DNA of 64,000 nt from a virus, in IMG/VR virus record IMGVR_UViG_3300025141_000046, positions 1 to 64,000 of that record, one strand, 5' to 3'. Below, in pieces: positions 19,745 through 29,059 of this stretch (positions are counted from its first letter, which is position 1; each line of letters begins with the position of its first letter). The translations under genes were made by a program, and so were the position numbers. Under the pieces are notes generated by a model. That model saw nothing but the letters and a program-made list of their open reading frames with translations, had not been told where the DNA came from and did not search any database.

Positions 19745-20932
19745 CTATCCCATCAATATTGCCAAGCCATTGGGCATTGGAATAAATTTAAGTTGTTTAT
19801 TTATGAACTCAGCTCTTGTTGCTGCTAGCTCCATAAGTTTGTCATAAGTCATTGTTTCTAGCATTTCTTTTATATGTGTAACTAAGTCCTTCTGCTCCTC
19901 TCTACCCTGTGTAATGAGATCTTTTCCGTTAAGCTGTAACTCAGCACCCGGTATCGGAACATTTGAAAATTTAGATCTAACTTGCCCAAGAAGCTCTTTT
20001 GACAGTGCTAGTGTAAACTGTCTAATCCACTGCCTGCCAATGCTATTAATATTTGTGTATGGCAAATTACCAAAAGGCAAATCAGAAAGATTAGAAACTC
20101 CTGAAATTGTACCATCGCTGTATGCCGGATTCAATGGATCAGAGTAAAATCTGACCCTTATCCACAATTTTTTAGGTGTATTTGGATCTACAGAGGGTGT
20201 TGGATAGATTCTTAGACTCTGCCCAGATAATTTATATGAGTAATTTGACCTTCTAACTCTGTTAGATAGGTCTAGCTGACCAGCACGAAGTATGTCTTCA
20301 AATACAGGCAGTACGTAAAAGATTGTTTCCGGTGTAAATGATTCAAAGCTAAATTCATTATTTAGGTAGTTAATTGCGCTTGTGGTGTCAAAAAATCTAT
20401 AAGCTGCTTGGGGATTGAAGTGAAATACTTCGACAACTTGCATCTTGCTTCTCTTTGTGTTTAGACTAGATGAAAATATTAAACTTCCGTCTGATGCTGA
20501 GAGAGTATTGTAAATATTGTAATCTTGTGTTCCAGCCTTTAGCTCAATTGATCCCGATACAGTATTATATGAACCTCCGATACCTGCTTCGAATGAGTAT
20601 GGCTCTGCAAATCTACTCAGATAATCGAGATTATCTCTCGGGAACTTACCTTCTGACCCAGACATAGTCCCGTCTGCGCCAGTTATTGGCATTCCAAGAA
20701 AGTTTACTATTTGTGATCTTGCCTGGTATGTGTTTAGTATTGCACTGAACTCAAGTGTGGCTTCTTCAAATGATGCCCATATTTGCTTTTTTGTCAACTC
20801 TACTGATAAAACATCGTCGCCCAGCTTTCTTTTTACAAATGTAACCATTGAATCAGCTTCAGTTTGAAAACTTGATTCTGGGTCATAAAATCCAAACGGT
20901 GTTGGTTTTGCTGTATTTGCGAAATTTGCCAC
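19745..20932 (-). CDS. Neck / head-tail adaptor protein (gp13-like)
   Basis: FVKRKLGDDVLSVELT, WIRQFTLALSKELLGQVRSKFSNVPIPGAELQLNG.DL. Confidence 0.82.
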   Translation of the reverse strand: MANFANTAKPTPFGFYDPESSFQTEADSMVTFVKRKLGDDVLSVELTKKQIWASFEEATLEFSAILNTYQARSQIVNFLGMPITGADGTMSGSEGKFPRDNLDYLSRFAEPYSFEAGIGGSYNTVSGSIELKAGTQDYNIYNTLSASDGSLIFSSSLNTKRSKMQVVEVFHFNPQAAYRFFDTTSAINYLNNEFSFESFTPETIFYVLPVFEDILRAGQLDLSNRVRRSNYSYKLSGQSLRIYPTPSVDPNTPKKLWIRVRFYSDPLNPAYSDGTISGVSNLSDLPFGNLPYTNINSIGRQWIRQFTLALSKELLGQVRSKFSNVPIPGAELQLNGKDLITQGREEQKDLVTHIKEMLETMTYDKLMELAATRAEFINKQLKFIPMPNGLAILMG

Positions 20933-20948
20933 GGAGATGCCTCAAATT

Positions 20949-20955
20949 TAATTAT
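20949..20955 (-). promoter_or_regulatory. Putative late promoter ATAATTA (neck operon)
   Basis: ATAnTTA just after a terminator, before a GAGG RBS. Confidence 0.55.
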
Positions 20956-20975
20956 TATGCTAGTCAAAGTATTTC

Positions 20976-21008
20976 AAAAAAGAAACCGCACATGCTTGAC
21001 ATGTGCGG
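20976..21008 (-). terminator. Rho-independent terminator
   Basis: Stem CCGCACATG/CATGTGCGG (20986-21008) followed by TTTCTTTTTT on the minus strand. Confidence 0.85.
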
Positions 21009-21042
21009 CCCTATGCTAGACAACAAAGTCTATTTTTTCATT

Positions 21043-21276
21043 TTATTTTTCTTCTGATTTTTTACTAGACTTCTTTTTGTAAACCTTTTTCTTTGTAGTG
21101 GACTTTTTAGGTTTTTCATCCTGCGATTCGGAATCATCTTCTTCAACTACGACTTCAGCAGGTTCCTTTTCTAGGGCTGGAGCGGGAGCATCTGCGGCCT
21201 TCTGTCTGCCACGTAACTTTCTTGCCTCTCTTGACCATCGCGTGAGCGGGCCTCGTCTAATATGTCTTCTTGCCAT
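21043..21276 (-). CDS. Small basic-acidic-basic low-complexity protein
   Basis: 77 aa; AAGGAG RBS; R-rich N-terminus, E/D core, K-rich C-terminus. Confidence 0.7.
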   Translation of the reverse strand: MARRHIRRGPLTRWSREARKLRGRQKAADAPAPALEKEPAEVVVEEDDSESQDEKPKKSTTKKKVYKKKSSKKSEEK

Positions 21277-21309
21277 TGTAATCTCCTTAGTTCAGCAATA
21301 TTTCTATAA

Positions 21310-21316
21310 TAAGTAT
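21310..21316 (-). promoter_or_regulatory. Putative late promoter ATACTTA
   Basis: ATAnTTA upstream of the 77-aa gene. Confidence 0.5.
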
Positions 21317-21343
21317 TATTCTCGTGTGAAATATTACAAATGA

Positions 21344-21838
21344 CTATATGCTACTACTCATAATAGACCAGTATCCATACTCGCTGAACGACGTAGGCAT
21401 AGATCCAGATGCCGTCTTTCTCCACCTTAGCACAAATCCTTCACCAGGTTTTGTGATCTTCATGTCTCCCGCGGGTGCTACTCCAGCATCTGCGTGAGCA
21501 GCTATGTTTGATGCAGATAGTACAACCTGGCTGCTTGCAGCCTGTGCGGTACCTATTGAGTCAACAAATATCCTGTGAATTAAGCCATCAGGAAGTGGGG
21601 CTCCTGCACGGTCTGGCATGCTAACACCAATTCTGGCATTGAGTGAAGCTGAGATGATTGTGCATGGGACACCCACCTTTGCTGTATAATCACCGGTTGT
21701 AGATAGAACTGTTCCAGATAAGACTGTTGAATTTGTAAATTCTACATAATTTTCAAATTTTGATTTCTGCGTTACGGTAAGTAGATTGCCACCGCCTAAA
21801 GTTATGAACCCATCTTTATTAATTACATTCTTTGCCAT
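21344..21838 (-). CDS. Hypothetical virion protein (candidate head decoration)
   Basis: 164 aa, beta-rich, AGGAGG RBS, directly downstream of the major capsid gene. Confidence 0.55.
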   Translation of the reverse strand: MAKNVINKDGFITLGGGNLLTVTQKSKFENYVEFTNSTVLSGTVLSTTGDYTAKVGVPCTIISASLNARIGVSMPDRAGAPLPDGLIHRIFVDSIGTAQAASSQVVLSASNIAAHADAGVAPAGDMKITKPGEGFVLRWRKTASGSMPTSFSEYGYWSIMSSSI

Positions 21839-21940
21839 AATTTTCCTCCTAGTGTTAAAATATAAAAGGCATGTACACCTCTTTTAATATATATCAATAT
21901 CAAATCACATATACTGAAAAAAAAATAACAAATTTTTCAT

Positions 21941-21974
21941 AAAAAAAAGGGGCACCTCATTGAGGTGCCCCTTT
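21941..21974 (-). terminator. Strong rho-independent terminator after major capsid gene
   Basis: Stem GGGGCACCTC/GAGGTGCCCC (21949-21971) followed by T8 on the minus strand. Confidence 0.92.
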
Positions 21975-21995
21975 GACTTTAGCTTAGAACTATTT

Positions 21996-23987
21996 CTAGA
22001 TTACATCTAGATTCAGAACTGTAACTGTACCGTAGAAGTCAGCGCGAACCATCTTCTTACCGTAGCGAGTCATCACGCCCTTACGGGGTGTGAAGTCCTC
22101 TGGAGCGAAGATAGTAGGAGTGACGATGAGTGGCACGTACGGAGCGTAGACGTAACCAGTCTCAAGGTAGCTACCGCCCTTGTACCCAACAAGAACCTTG
22201 TTGCGTGGGAAGTAGGGATCCTTATAGACCGTGAAACGGTTGCTCAAGCTACCGACTGGAGCTGCACCGAGCTGGAAGGGAGAACCGACCTGACCCTGGC
22301 CATCGAGGCTGTAATTGGGCTTGTACAGGACGGATGCTTCGAAGATCGTTGCTATGTCCGGTGAGCAAACAACAAAGTTTGCTGAACCACGAAGAGTCTT
22401 ACGATGAATCTCATTTGCGACGTCAATGATCGTCTCAACAAGTGTCTCGTACCACTCACGGACAGTACCTGTGAAGGTTGGACCAGAAGCAAGTGTGCTA
22501 GAGAGTGTGACCTCAGCGCCTGTCTTCTTGTTAACAAACCTACCAGGTGAACGTGACCAGTAGTAGTTAGCTCCCTTTGCCTGTGTCAGGAGATCATTAA
22601 GGATCTCACGATCAAGCTCAAGTGCAATCTGCTCAGATAGGATCTGAGTTAGCTCAACCTCAGCGTCAAGGCTGTGGTAAGCGTTCAGGTCCTGTGCGAG
22701 TTCTGGTGACCACCGAGCACGTAACTTACGTGTCTCAGCTGTAACAGCGATTGACTCAATCTTGATATCGATCTCAGGAATGTTGACAGCAGGTGTAGCC
22801 TGGAAGTCTGACTCAAAGGTCGGAATTGTCAGGGTTGACCCGTCGGTGTCTGTATTAAGCGTAGGTGCTTGTACGTAGGAGCCTGAGAAACCACTATATG
22901 TAGCATCAAGCACTGTGCTTGAGATATCAGGTGCATAAGTACCTGAAACAATTGTCAGCAAGGCTGCATTACCCGTGTTACGAGTTACCATAGGATCAGG
23001 AGTGAAAACACGTGCGCCAACATCCCAAGTACCTAGCTGGTTAAGACGTCGAATGTTGACGACCTGTCCACCCTGGATACCATCAGAAGCTGAAAGAACC
23101 TTAACAGAAAGACCACCGCCATTCACTGACATTGGTGATGTTGCTGAAGTGTTTCCACCGCTTATTCCGATTAGAGCTACTTCCTTGACAGCTGTAAAGT
23201 CCATCTGCGCTGGGAATACTGTTGCATCCCAGACTAGTGCCTGGAAAAGACCAAGACCCTGGCGGACACCAGCTGAAGAAGCATTATCTTCAATAAGCGT
23301 AGTTATCTGTGGGTCGAACTGCAGAAGCTTACCATCTGATCCCGTTGCCATGAGATACTGGCCACCCGTAAGTGAGCCTGCACCAGCATATGCACCAGAA
23401 GCAAGAAGCGTGAGCCTATCTGCTGCAACTACACCAAAGCCTGTGTTAACTCTAGTGTAAGCAGTTCCTGCAAGATCATAAGGACCACCAACAGCATCAG
23501 AACCTGATCTGACACCCTTGCCCGTGGGAAGGTTGTAGATTGATTGTCCCTGCGTATATGTCTGCTGAGAAGATGCTCCAGCTGCGCCTGTCACCTGGCT
23601 AGAATCTCCACCAACGTTATCACCGTAGGTGTAATCGAGGTAGAAAAGCAGACCAGAAGGTAGGCTCATTGGCTGAATTGAGACGAGATCATTGGCAACT
23701 AAGCCACCGAATACGCGTCGTACGATTGGGAAAGCGATATTCGTGAAACCACGAAGATCTCCTGAGGATGCGGTCGCGCCAGCACCTCCGCCGATTGTTG
23801 ACTGCTCGCGAAGAAGCTGTGCTGCCTGGTTTTCAAGTAGGCGTGCCATATTCTCGCAACGAGTGTCGTTCAATCCACGAAGAAGGCCAGTACGTGTCCA
23901 CTTCTCAGTTAAAAGAGCTGACTGCTGTCCGACGTCACGTTGACGAATTCCTTCAGTAAGCTGATTTAATGTGAATTTTTTAGACAT
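21996..23987 (-). CDS. gp23: Major capsid protein (T4 gp23 family) with large insertion
   Basis: FPIVRRVFGGLVANDLVSIQPMSLPSGLLFYL; IAVTAETRKLRARWSPELAQDLNAYHSLDAEVELTQILSEQIALELDREI; YAPYVPL, FTPRKGVMTRY. Confidence 0.97.
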   Translation of the reverse strand: MSKKFTLNQLTEGIRQRDVGQQSALLTEKWTRTGLLRGLNDTRCENMARLLENQAAQLLREQSTIGGGAGATASSGDLRGFTNIAFPIVRRVFGGLVANDLVSIQPMSLPSGLLFYLDYTYGDNVGGDSSQVTGAAGASSQQTYTQGQSIYNLPTGKGVRSGSDAVGGPYDLAGTAYTRVNTGFGVVAADRLTLLASGAYAGAGSLTGGQYLMATGSDGKLLQFDPQITTLIEDNASSAGVRQGLGLFQALVWDATVFPAQMDFTAVKEVALIGISGGNTSATSPMSVNGGGLSVKVLSASDGIQGGQVVNIRRLNQLGTWDVGARVFTPDPMVTRNTGNAALLTIVSGTYAPDISSTVLDATYSGFSGSYVQAPTLNTDTDGSTLTIPTFESDFQATPAVNIPEIDIKIESIAVTAETRKLRARWSPELAQDLNAYHSLDAEVELTQILSEQIALELDREILNDLLTQAKGANYYWSRSPGRFVNKKTGAEVTLSSTLASGPTFTGTVREWYETLVETIIDVANEIHRKTLRGSANFVVCSPDIATIFEASVLYKPNYSLDGQGQVGSPFQLGAAPVGSLSNRFTVYKDPYFPRNKVLVGYKGGSYLETGYVYAPYVPLIVTPTIFAPEDFTPRKGVMTRYGKKMVRADFYGTVTVLNLDVI

Positions 23988-24034
23988 TTTTTATTCCTTT
24001 TTAGTTAAAATGTGTTAAACAACTTGTGAGTTAA

Positions 24035-25513
24035 TTAGTTTTTAATCCCAGCCAAGATAGCCCAACGATCAATCTCGTTACTGGCTGCCGTAGCAGAAGA
24101 TCTGCCAACAGATCTCGAGGACGATCCAAGAGTTCGTTTTGTTGACTCGCTAAGATTTCTAGACCTGCCTTGTGAGCCAGTCAGAGTCTTATAGATAAGC
24201 TTTACTTCTCTCAAGCTCTTTGCTGCATCAATTGATTCCACCATAGACCTACGCCTAGATGAAGTAACTGACTTATCCTGGAAGAGCTTATTAACATAGA
24301 GTAGCTTAGCGTTAAACAGATTGAGATCTGTCAATTGCTCACGAAGTGTTTCAACTGCACCTCTGTATTCATCGAGCCTCTCTTTTAGAGCAACATTACG
24401 ACGTTGCTCTTTTTTCAATGACTCAGCTAGAGCATTGATCTTAACTTTGTAGACGTCACCCTTTTCAGAGCCGCCACCGAATGGGTTTCCTTTTCCTGAT
24501 CCGCTGCCGCCGAATTGATTTTTCTGGCCTGCTTTTGCGTTTCCTTTACCGCCCCATGAAGCTTCCATAGGATTTGCTCCGCCTTTTGCATCTGCAAGGC
24601 TCTTAGCTTCTCGGACGATTCTTCTAATTCTAGTAAGCTCTTCACGTAAAACGTGTGGATCAACTTCAAATACTTCATCAAGAGATTCTTCTTCAACATC
24701 GAGCTCTTCATCACCAAATTCATCTTCGATGTCCATTGTCTCATCTTCGACTTCAAGGTCTTCATCACCTTCTTCATCATCTACGAGAAGGCGAGCTGTA
24801 ATCATAATATCTTCGGGAAGCTCAACGTCATCACCGAGATCAATCTCTAGCTTGTCTTCATTTAAAAGACCAAGACTCCTAAGAATCTCCTGGAGACTTT
24901 CATCAGTGGCTGAGGCGTCATCCGCATCGACGTCATCTTCCTTCATATAATCAAGTCGACTCTTTGACTGGTCACCTTTCTTGGCACCACCTTCATGCTT
25001 TTCTTTCTCGACCTCTTCCCTTAGAAGGGAAAGGTCGATTTCATAAACTTTTTCTCTTGATGCCATTTGTGTGTTCTCCTGTAAGTCGCTTACATCTTTA
25101 TTTATTTCGCCGGTATTCAAGTTTTTATCAGCGGAGCTTATTTTTTTCGCTGCAGACATAACTAAATCAGCTTGACTCTTATCAAGACTGTTTATAGACT
25201 CAGCAAGTGCGTTTAAAATATCGCCTGAAGAGGACTTGCTACCAATCAGTCCAGCTAGTGATTCTAGAGCTGTCTCGTCAAGTTCAACATTTTCCTCAGA
25301 TGAGAGACCGATTGACTCTGCAATGATATCATTAATACTGCTTCTTTCATCTTGCGTGCTAGTATGCTGACCTTCATTTATAAGCTGATTATCAATAAAT
25401 TCTCTAATTTTCGGCGTGACTGCTTCAACTATAGCATTTTTTGCATTTTGTTCGGCAACCTCTCTAAGCTTCTTAGCTTCAGCTAGAGCTTCCCTATACA
25501 TGTTAGACGACAT
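24035..25513 (-). CDS. Prohead core scaffolding protein (gp22-like)
   Basis: EALAEAKKLREVAEQNAK, acidic middle, coiled coil LREQLTDLNLFNAKLLYVNKLF, ending RWAILAGI; immediately upstream of capsid. Confidence 0.78.
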   Translation of the reverse strand: MSSNMYREALAEAKKLREVAEQNAKNAIVEAVTPKIREFIDNQLINEGQHTSTQDERSSINDIIAESIGLSSEENVELDETALESLAGLIGSKSSSGDILNALAESINSLDKSQADLVMSAAKKISSADKNLNTGEINKDVSDLQENTQMASREKVYEIDLSLLREEVEKEKHEGGAKKGDQSKSRLDYMKEDDVDADDASATDESLQEILRSLGLLNEDKLEIDLGDDVELPEDIMITARLLVDDEEGDEDLEVEDETMDIEDEFGDEELDVEEESLDEVFEVDPHVLREELTRIRRIVREAKSLADAKGGANPMEASWGGKGNAKAGQKNQFGGSGSGKGNPFGGGSEKGDVYKVKINALAESLKKEQRRNVALKERLDEYRGAVETLREQLTDLNLFNAKLLYVNKLFQDKSVTSSRRRSMVESIDAAKSLREVKLIYKTLTGSQGRSRNLSESTKRTLGSSSRSVGRSSATAASNEIDRWAILAGIKN

Positions 25514-25535
25514 TCTAATATAACTCCTTGAATCT

Positions 25536-25542
25536 TAATTAT
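25536..25542 (-). promoter_or_regulatory. Putative late promoter ATAATTA (scaffold-capsid)
   Basis: ATAnTTA upstream of an AGGAG RBS. Confidence 0.55.
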
Positions 25543-25575
25543 TCCACAATTTGTGAAACTTATACTACTATTTAC

Positions 25576-26244
25576 CTACTTTGCCAATAGACTTTCAATC
25601 ATGTGAAGTGTTTTTTTAACTTCAAGCTGCTTGACTAAAAATTGTTTCTCTAGAAAATTTCTCTCATCATCGGAAAAATTTAACAAATCAATGAGTGACA
25701 TAAATCTTATATCATCATCTTCGTCATCTAGCGGTTTTCTGGAATATCCAAACTGTGTACCATCTCCGCCTACCTTACCTGGTCCGGTTCTAGTTGATCC
25801 AAACTCACTTGAAGATCCGCCCGTTGCCATTCCAAGGCCACCAGAATACTTTATCTTTCCGGGTATTGAGACCATTCCCTGCATTGTGGGAATATTTTGC
25901 TCTGCGAATTGGCCCAAGCCAACAGTAGAAAATCTATTATTACTATTTGCATACGAAGACATATCAGCACGTTGTTTAACTGAGTCTGAAGATTTATATC
26001 CTAGATTGACCCTTGCGAAAAAGGCACGGAGATCATCTGCATCATAAAACGGAAGTTCAATTTCTTCATCATCTTCGTCCTCTACTTTTGGAGGATAGAT
26101 TCCTGTTTCCCACCCAAGTTTGTATGTTGATCCAATACCAGTTGAATCTGATGGCAGCTTGGATTGACTTTTACCATACCCCATCCCCTTCCGGGGGTCG
26201 CCAGATGCGGCAACTGGATTATAGTAATGATGGGTCTTTGACAC
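25576..26244 (-). CDS. Hypothetical protein in head module
   Basis: 222 aa G/S-rich ORF, GTG start, in operon. Confidence 0.6.
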   Translation of the reverse strand: MSKTHHYYNPVAASGDPRKGMGYGKSQSKLPSDSTGIGSTYKLGWETGIYPPKVEDEDDEEIELPFYDADDLRAFFARVNLGYKSSDSVKQRADMSSYANSNNRFSTVGLGQFAEQNIPTMQGMVSIPGKIKYSGGLGMATGGSSSEFGSTRTGPGKVGGDGTQFGYSRKPLDDEDDDIRFMSLIDLLNFSDDERNFLEKQFLVKQLEVKKTLHMIESLLAK

Positions 26245-26248
26245 CTTA

Positions 26249-26854
26249 TTATTCCGTAGTTTCTGATGCTGCCTTATCTGATGTTGCGTATGATCTCCCA
26301 GAAATGTAGGAGCCCAATGTTACAGATTCTACTTCTTTTGAAGTCACACTTGGATTTGCAATGCTTCCCTGACCTGAGCCGTACTCGCCACCTGCGACGG
26401 GTAATTTCCCATTGATGTCGTCGTGTGGTCCCTGCTTGGCTGCACTAAAGTTTCCAACTCCAGGTGAGGTCAAAGGTGGGATGTAAGGTGTGGTGGGTGC
26501 TCCGGCTCCCTTGCCGAAAGGCAGTCCGTTCTTGGTCTTTTCATTACTGGCGATATCTGGTGCTTTGTCTTGAAGTACAGCACCTTCAGTAAAGTCTGTA
26601 TAGAAATTATCGACACCTAGACCTGTACCGCCCGGGACAACTCCTATACCCGTGCTGGGAGTGTAGTTTTCGCAGACGTTACTATTCAGGAGATTATTAT
26701 AAATCTCCTCTCTATTTTTATCTGTTATTTCTTCTAGGTAGATTGGTGACTCTGGATACGCTGCATTAAGATTTGCCTGAACTCTCATTCCGTAGGTTGC
26801 AGACCCGCGTGATTTAATTCCCTCATCAACAATTACCTGATCTTGTGACGCCAT
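26249..26854 (-). CDS. Hypothetical protein in head module
   Basis: 201 aa G/P-rich ORF, GGAG RBS. Confidence 0.65.
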   Translation of the reverse strand: MASQDQVIVDEGIKSRGSATYGMRVQANLNAAYPESPIYLEEITDKNREEIYNNLLNSNVCENYTPSTGIGVVPGGTGLGVDNFYTDFTEGAVLQDKAPDIASNEKTKNGLPFGKGAGAPTTPYIPPLTSPGVGNFSAAKQGPHDDINGKLPVAGGEYGSGQGSIANPSVTSKEVESVTLGSYISGRSYATSDKAASETTE

Positions 26855-26856
26855 GA

Positions 26857-27102
26857 CTATCTCCTCCCTTTAATTGATCTTTTTAGTTTCTCTCTCAATG
26901 CTTTGTAAACCTCTGCTTTTTTTCTATGCTTGGCTTCTTTAATTCCAAGAACCTTCATGTAGTCAATCTTATGAACAAGATTGTCACCTCCAGACCACAC
27001 GTCTTTGACTGTATCATCTGAGATGAGGCCCTCAGATTCGAGCTTCTTCTTCTCTTCTTTTATAATCTGTTTGATTTTATTTACACTAAGTCTATCGGAC
27101 AT
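26857..27102 (-). CDS. Small prohead core / internal head protein candidate
   Basis: N-terminal LSVNKIKQIIKEE amphipathic motif; AGGAG RBS. Confidence 0.6.
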   Translation of the reverse strand: MSDRLSVNKIKQIIKEEKKKLESEGLISDDTVKDVWSGGDNLVHKIDYMKVLGIKEAKHRKKAEVYKALREKLKRSIKGRR

Positions 27103-27118
27103 CGTATGCTCCTGTCAT

Positions 27119-27125
27119 TAATTAT
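27119..27125 (-). promoter_or_regulatory. Putative late promoter ATAATTA
   Basis: ATAnTTA about 17 nt upstream of the ATG. Confidence 0.55.
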
Positions 27126-27169
27126 ATCGGTAAAAGAATTGTTATCTCTAAAATTAGATAATGAAAAAA

Positions 27170-27592
27170 TTATTTATCACTAAATGCTAGAGACGCCCAA
27201 TTACCAGCTGATTCTCCAAAAAGTGACAGCGGATCTGAAGACGCTGCTGCTCTAGTTGCATGATCTCCTGCCATTGATGAGATGCCTGCTTTTTCAGCAC
27301 TCATTTGATTAAGCATCGTCCTCTGGCTATCAGCAAGTACTTCTGCAAGAATTGGATCATCAGTTAGTGCTCTTGCATTATCTTCTGCACTTGGTCCGGT
27401 GGGAGTCTCGTGATTGTTAAAATCTCTGGACCACGCTGCATGATCAAATCCTACTTTTTTAGACTTTGACTCATTAAGATTTTTTCTTATTCTCTGGTTA
27501 TTTGCATCTAATCCGATTCCCTCTGATAAAATCTCGACGAGACACTCTTTGACAATTTCTTTAAGCTCGGATTTTAATAGCTTGTTACTCAT
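27170..27592 (-). CDS. Prohead core / internal head protein candidate
   Basis: N-terminal KSELKEIVKECLVEILSEG, LNES site; follows the protease gene. Confidence 0.65.
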   Translation of the reverse strand: MSNKLLKSELKEIVKECLVEILSEGIGLDANNQRIRKNLNESKSKKVGFDHAAWSRDFNNHETPTGPSAEDNARALTDDPILAEVLADSQRTMLNQMSAEKAGISSMAGDHATRAAASSDPLSLFGESAGNWASLAFSDK

Positions 27593-28199
27593 TTTCCCAC
27601 GTCAGTATTTCATTAAATATTCTATCAATCCTGTCAGAAGAGTTAAAGTGTTTATCTAGATCTCCCCTGGCAAAATCTTTCCCCTCACTTAGCATAAATG
27701 CACCGGGAGTCGATGGTTCTGAAACCATATCGAAACATATTAGCTGAAAATCATCTTGAACAATCTGATTCCCGCTTTCGTTAATTGTTGATCCTACTCC
27801 CCTTGAAGAAATTCCAAGCGTCACACCGGATTCAACAAGAGCTTGTAATATTTTACCTGCAGGAGTGTCTAGAAGTTCAATGGTTCCAACAACATCATCA
27901 CCATTTAACTGTGCCTCTCTAACTATATGAGATACATTTTTTAACTCAATAACAGAAGTGTCAGGATGATCGCATTCACCGAGTGCCCTATTCTCTGAGA
28001 TAAACTTTTGATAATTTATCATCTCTCTTTCTAAGACAGATCTCGGATAAATTCTACCATTCTGGTTTAGCGTATCGCACCGTTGAAGTACACCGCGGAG
28101 AAATATTTTTCCGTCATTATTCATCTTTGACTCTTTGATAGTCTCAGGCCTGACTGATAAAGGCATCCACTCTGTTAAAAGTTTCATTGGCTTTGACAT
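27585..28199 (-). CDS. gp21: Prohead protease (T4 gp21 family)
   Basis: NQNGRIYP, RALGECDHP, VSHIV, LDTPAG, LGISSRGVGS, DMVSEPSTPGA; likely start ATG 28199 with GGAG RBS. Confidence 0.95.
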   Translation of the reverse strand: MSKPMKLLTEWMPLSVRPETIKESKMNNDGKIFLRGVLQRCDTLNQNGRIYPRSVLEREMINYQKFISENRALGECDHPDTSVIELKNVSHIVREAQLNGDDVVGTIELLDTPAGKILQALVESGVTLGISSRGVGSTINESGNQIVQDDFQLICFDMVSEPSTPGAFMLSEGKDFARGDLDKHFNSSDRIDRIFNEILTWENE

Positions 28200-29056
28200 T
28201 ATGTTGACTCCTTGATCTCTTTGCATAGATCTATTAATGTTAAAAATCTAACTATTTTTTGATCATCAAGCTTTCTTTTTGATTCAGATAATATCTGATT
28301 TTTAACTAGATCAATTTTATCTTTTACAATTTTGTTATCAGTAATTTTCTCAAGTTTACCAACAAGAAGAAGTGACTTTTTAGATACCTCGTTGAGAATA
28401 TTTTCTAGATCCTGTGATTCTTTGCTCCCTTCTGACATCGAAGAAAAAGAATATGCTTTTAAAATCTCTCTCTGATCGTGATCAAACTTTTTATTATATT
28501 TTTTATTTATCTTTTCAGACATAATTTTAACAACCAGGCTATCGACATCAGGATTTGTGTGATCTTCAAGATCGATTGGACTCTTTTCCGCTAGTAGATA
28601 GTCTGAAACCTTTGACTCATACAGCGCTATTCTTTCAATATTTGCTGATTCTCCGTCTCGCCAATCATTTAATAGGACTTGAATTGTTGCAAGAGATTTG
28701 TAGTCAGGGACATATCTTCTGTAAAGATTTGAATCCTTGAGAGAATAGTTCATTTCACGAATGAGACCTGATTTTTCCCTCTCTAGGGACTTTAAGTCTG
28801 TCTTTCTTGCGGCGTTTTTTGCTTCACGTAATATTGCATTAGCAACATTTTTATCTGAAACATGTGACTTAGCAAGAGCTCTAAAGAGTCTAAACTCTTT
28901 GTATAGCGTTGTTCCTTTTTTAAATCTTTTTGAAATAATGTTCAAAGTCTTTTGAGCTTCATTAGTATTACCGTTTATTAAACATTCCGATACTCTTCTC
29001 AATAGAAGCTCGTATACTACCCCGACATTTCTTTTTTTGTTGTGAGATTTTGGCAC
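28199..29056 (-). CDS. Helical protein between portal and protease, function unknown
   Basis: 285 aa, N-terminal SHNKKRNVGVVYELLLR; GAGG RBS. Confidence 0.7.
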   Translation of the reverse strand: MPKSHNKKRNVGVVYELLLRRVSECLINGNTNEAQKTLNIISKRFKKGTTLYKEFRLFRALAKSHVSDKNVANAILREAKNAARKTDLKSLEREKSGLIREMNYSLKDSNLYRRYVPDYKSLATIQVLLNDWRDGESANIERIALYESKVSDYLLAEKSPIDLEDHTNPDVDSLVVKIMSEKINKKYNKKFDHDQREILKAYSFSSMSEGSKESQDLENILNEVSKKSLLLVGKLEKITDNKIVKDKIDLVKNQILSESKRKLDDQKIVRFLTLIDLCKEIKEST

Positions 29057-29059
29057 GAG

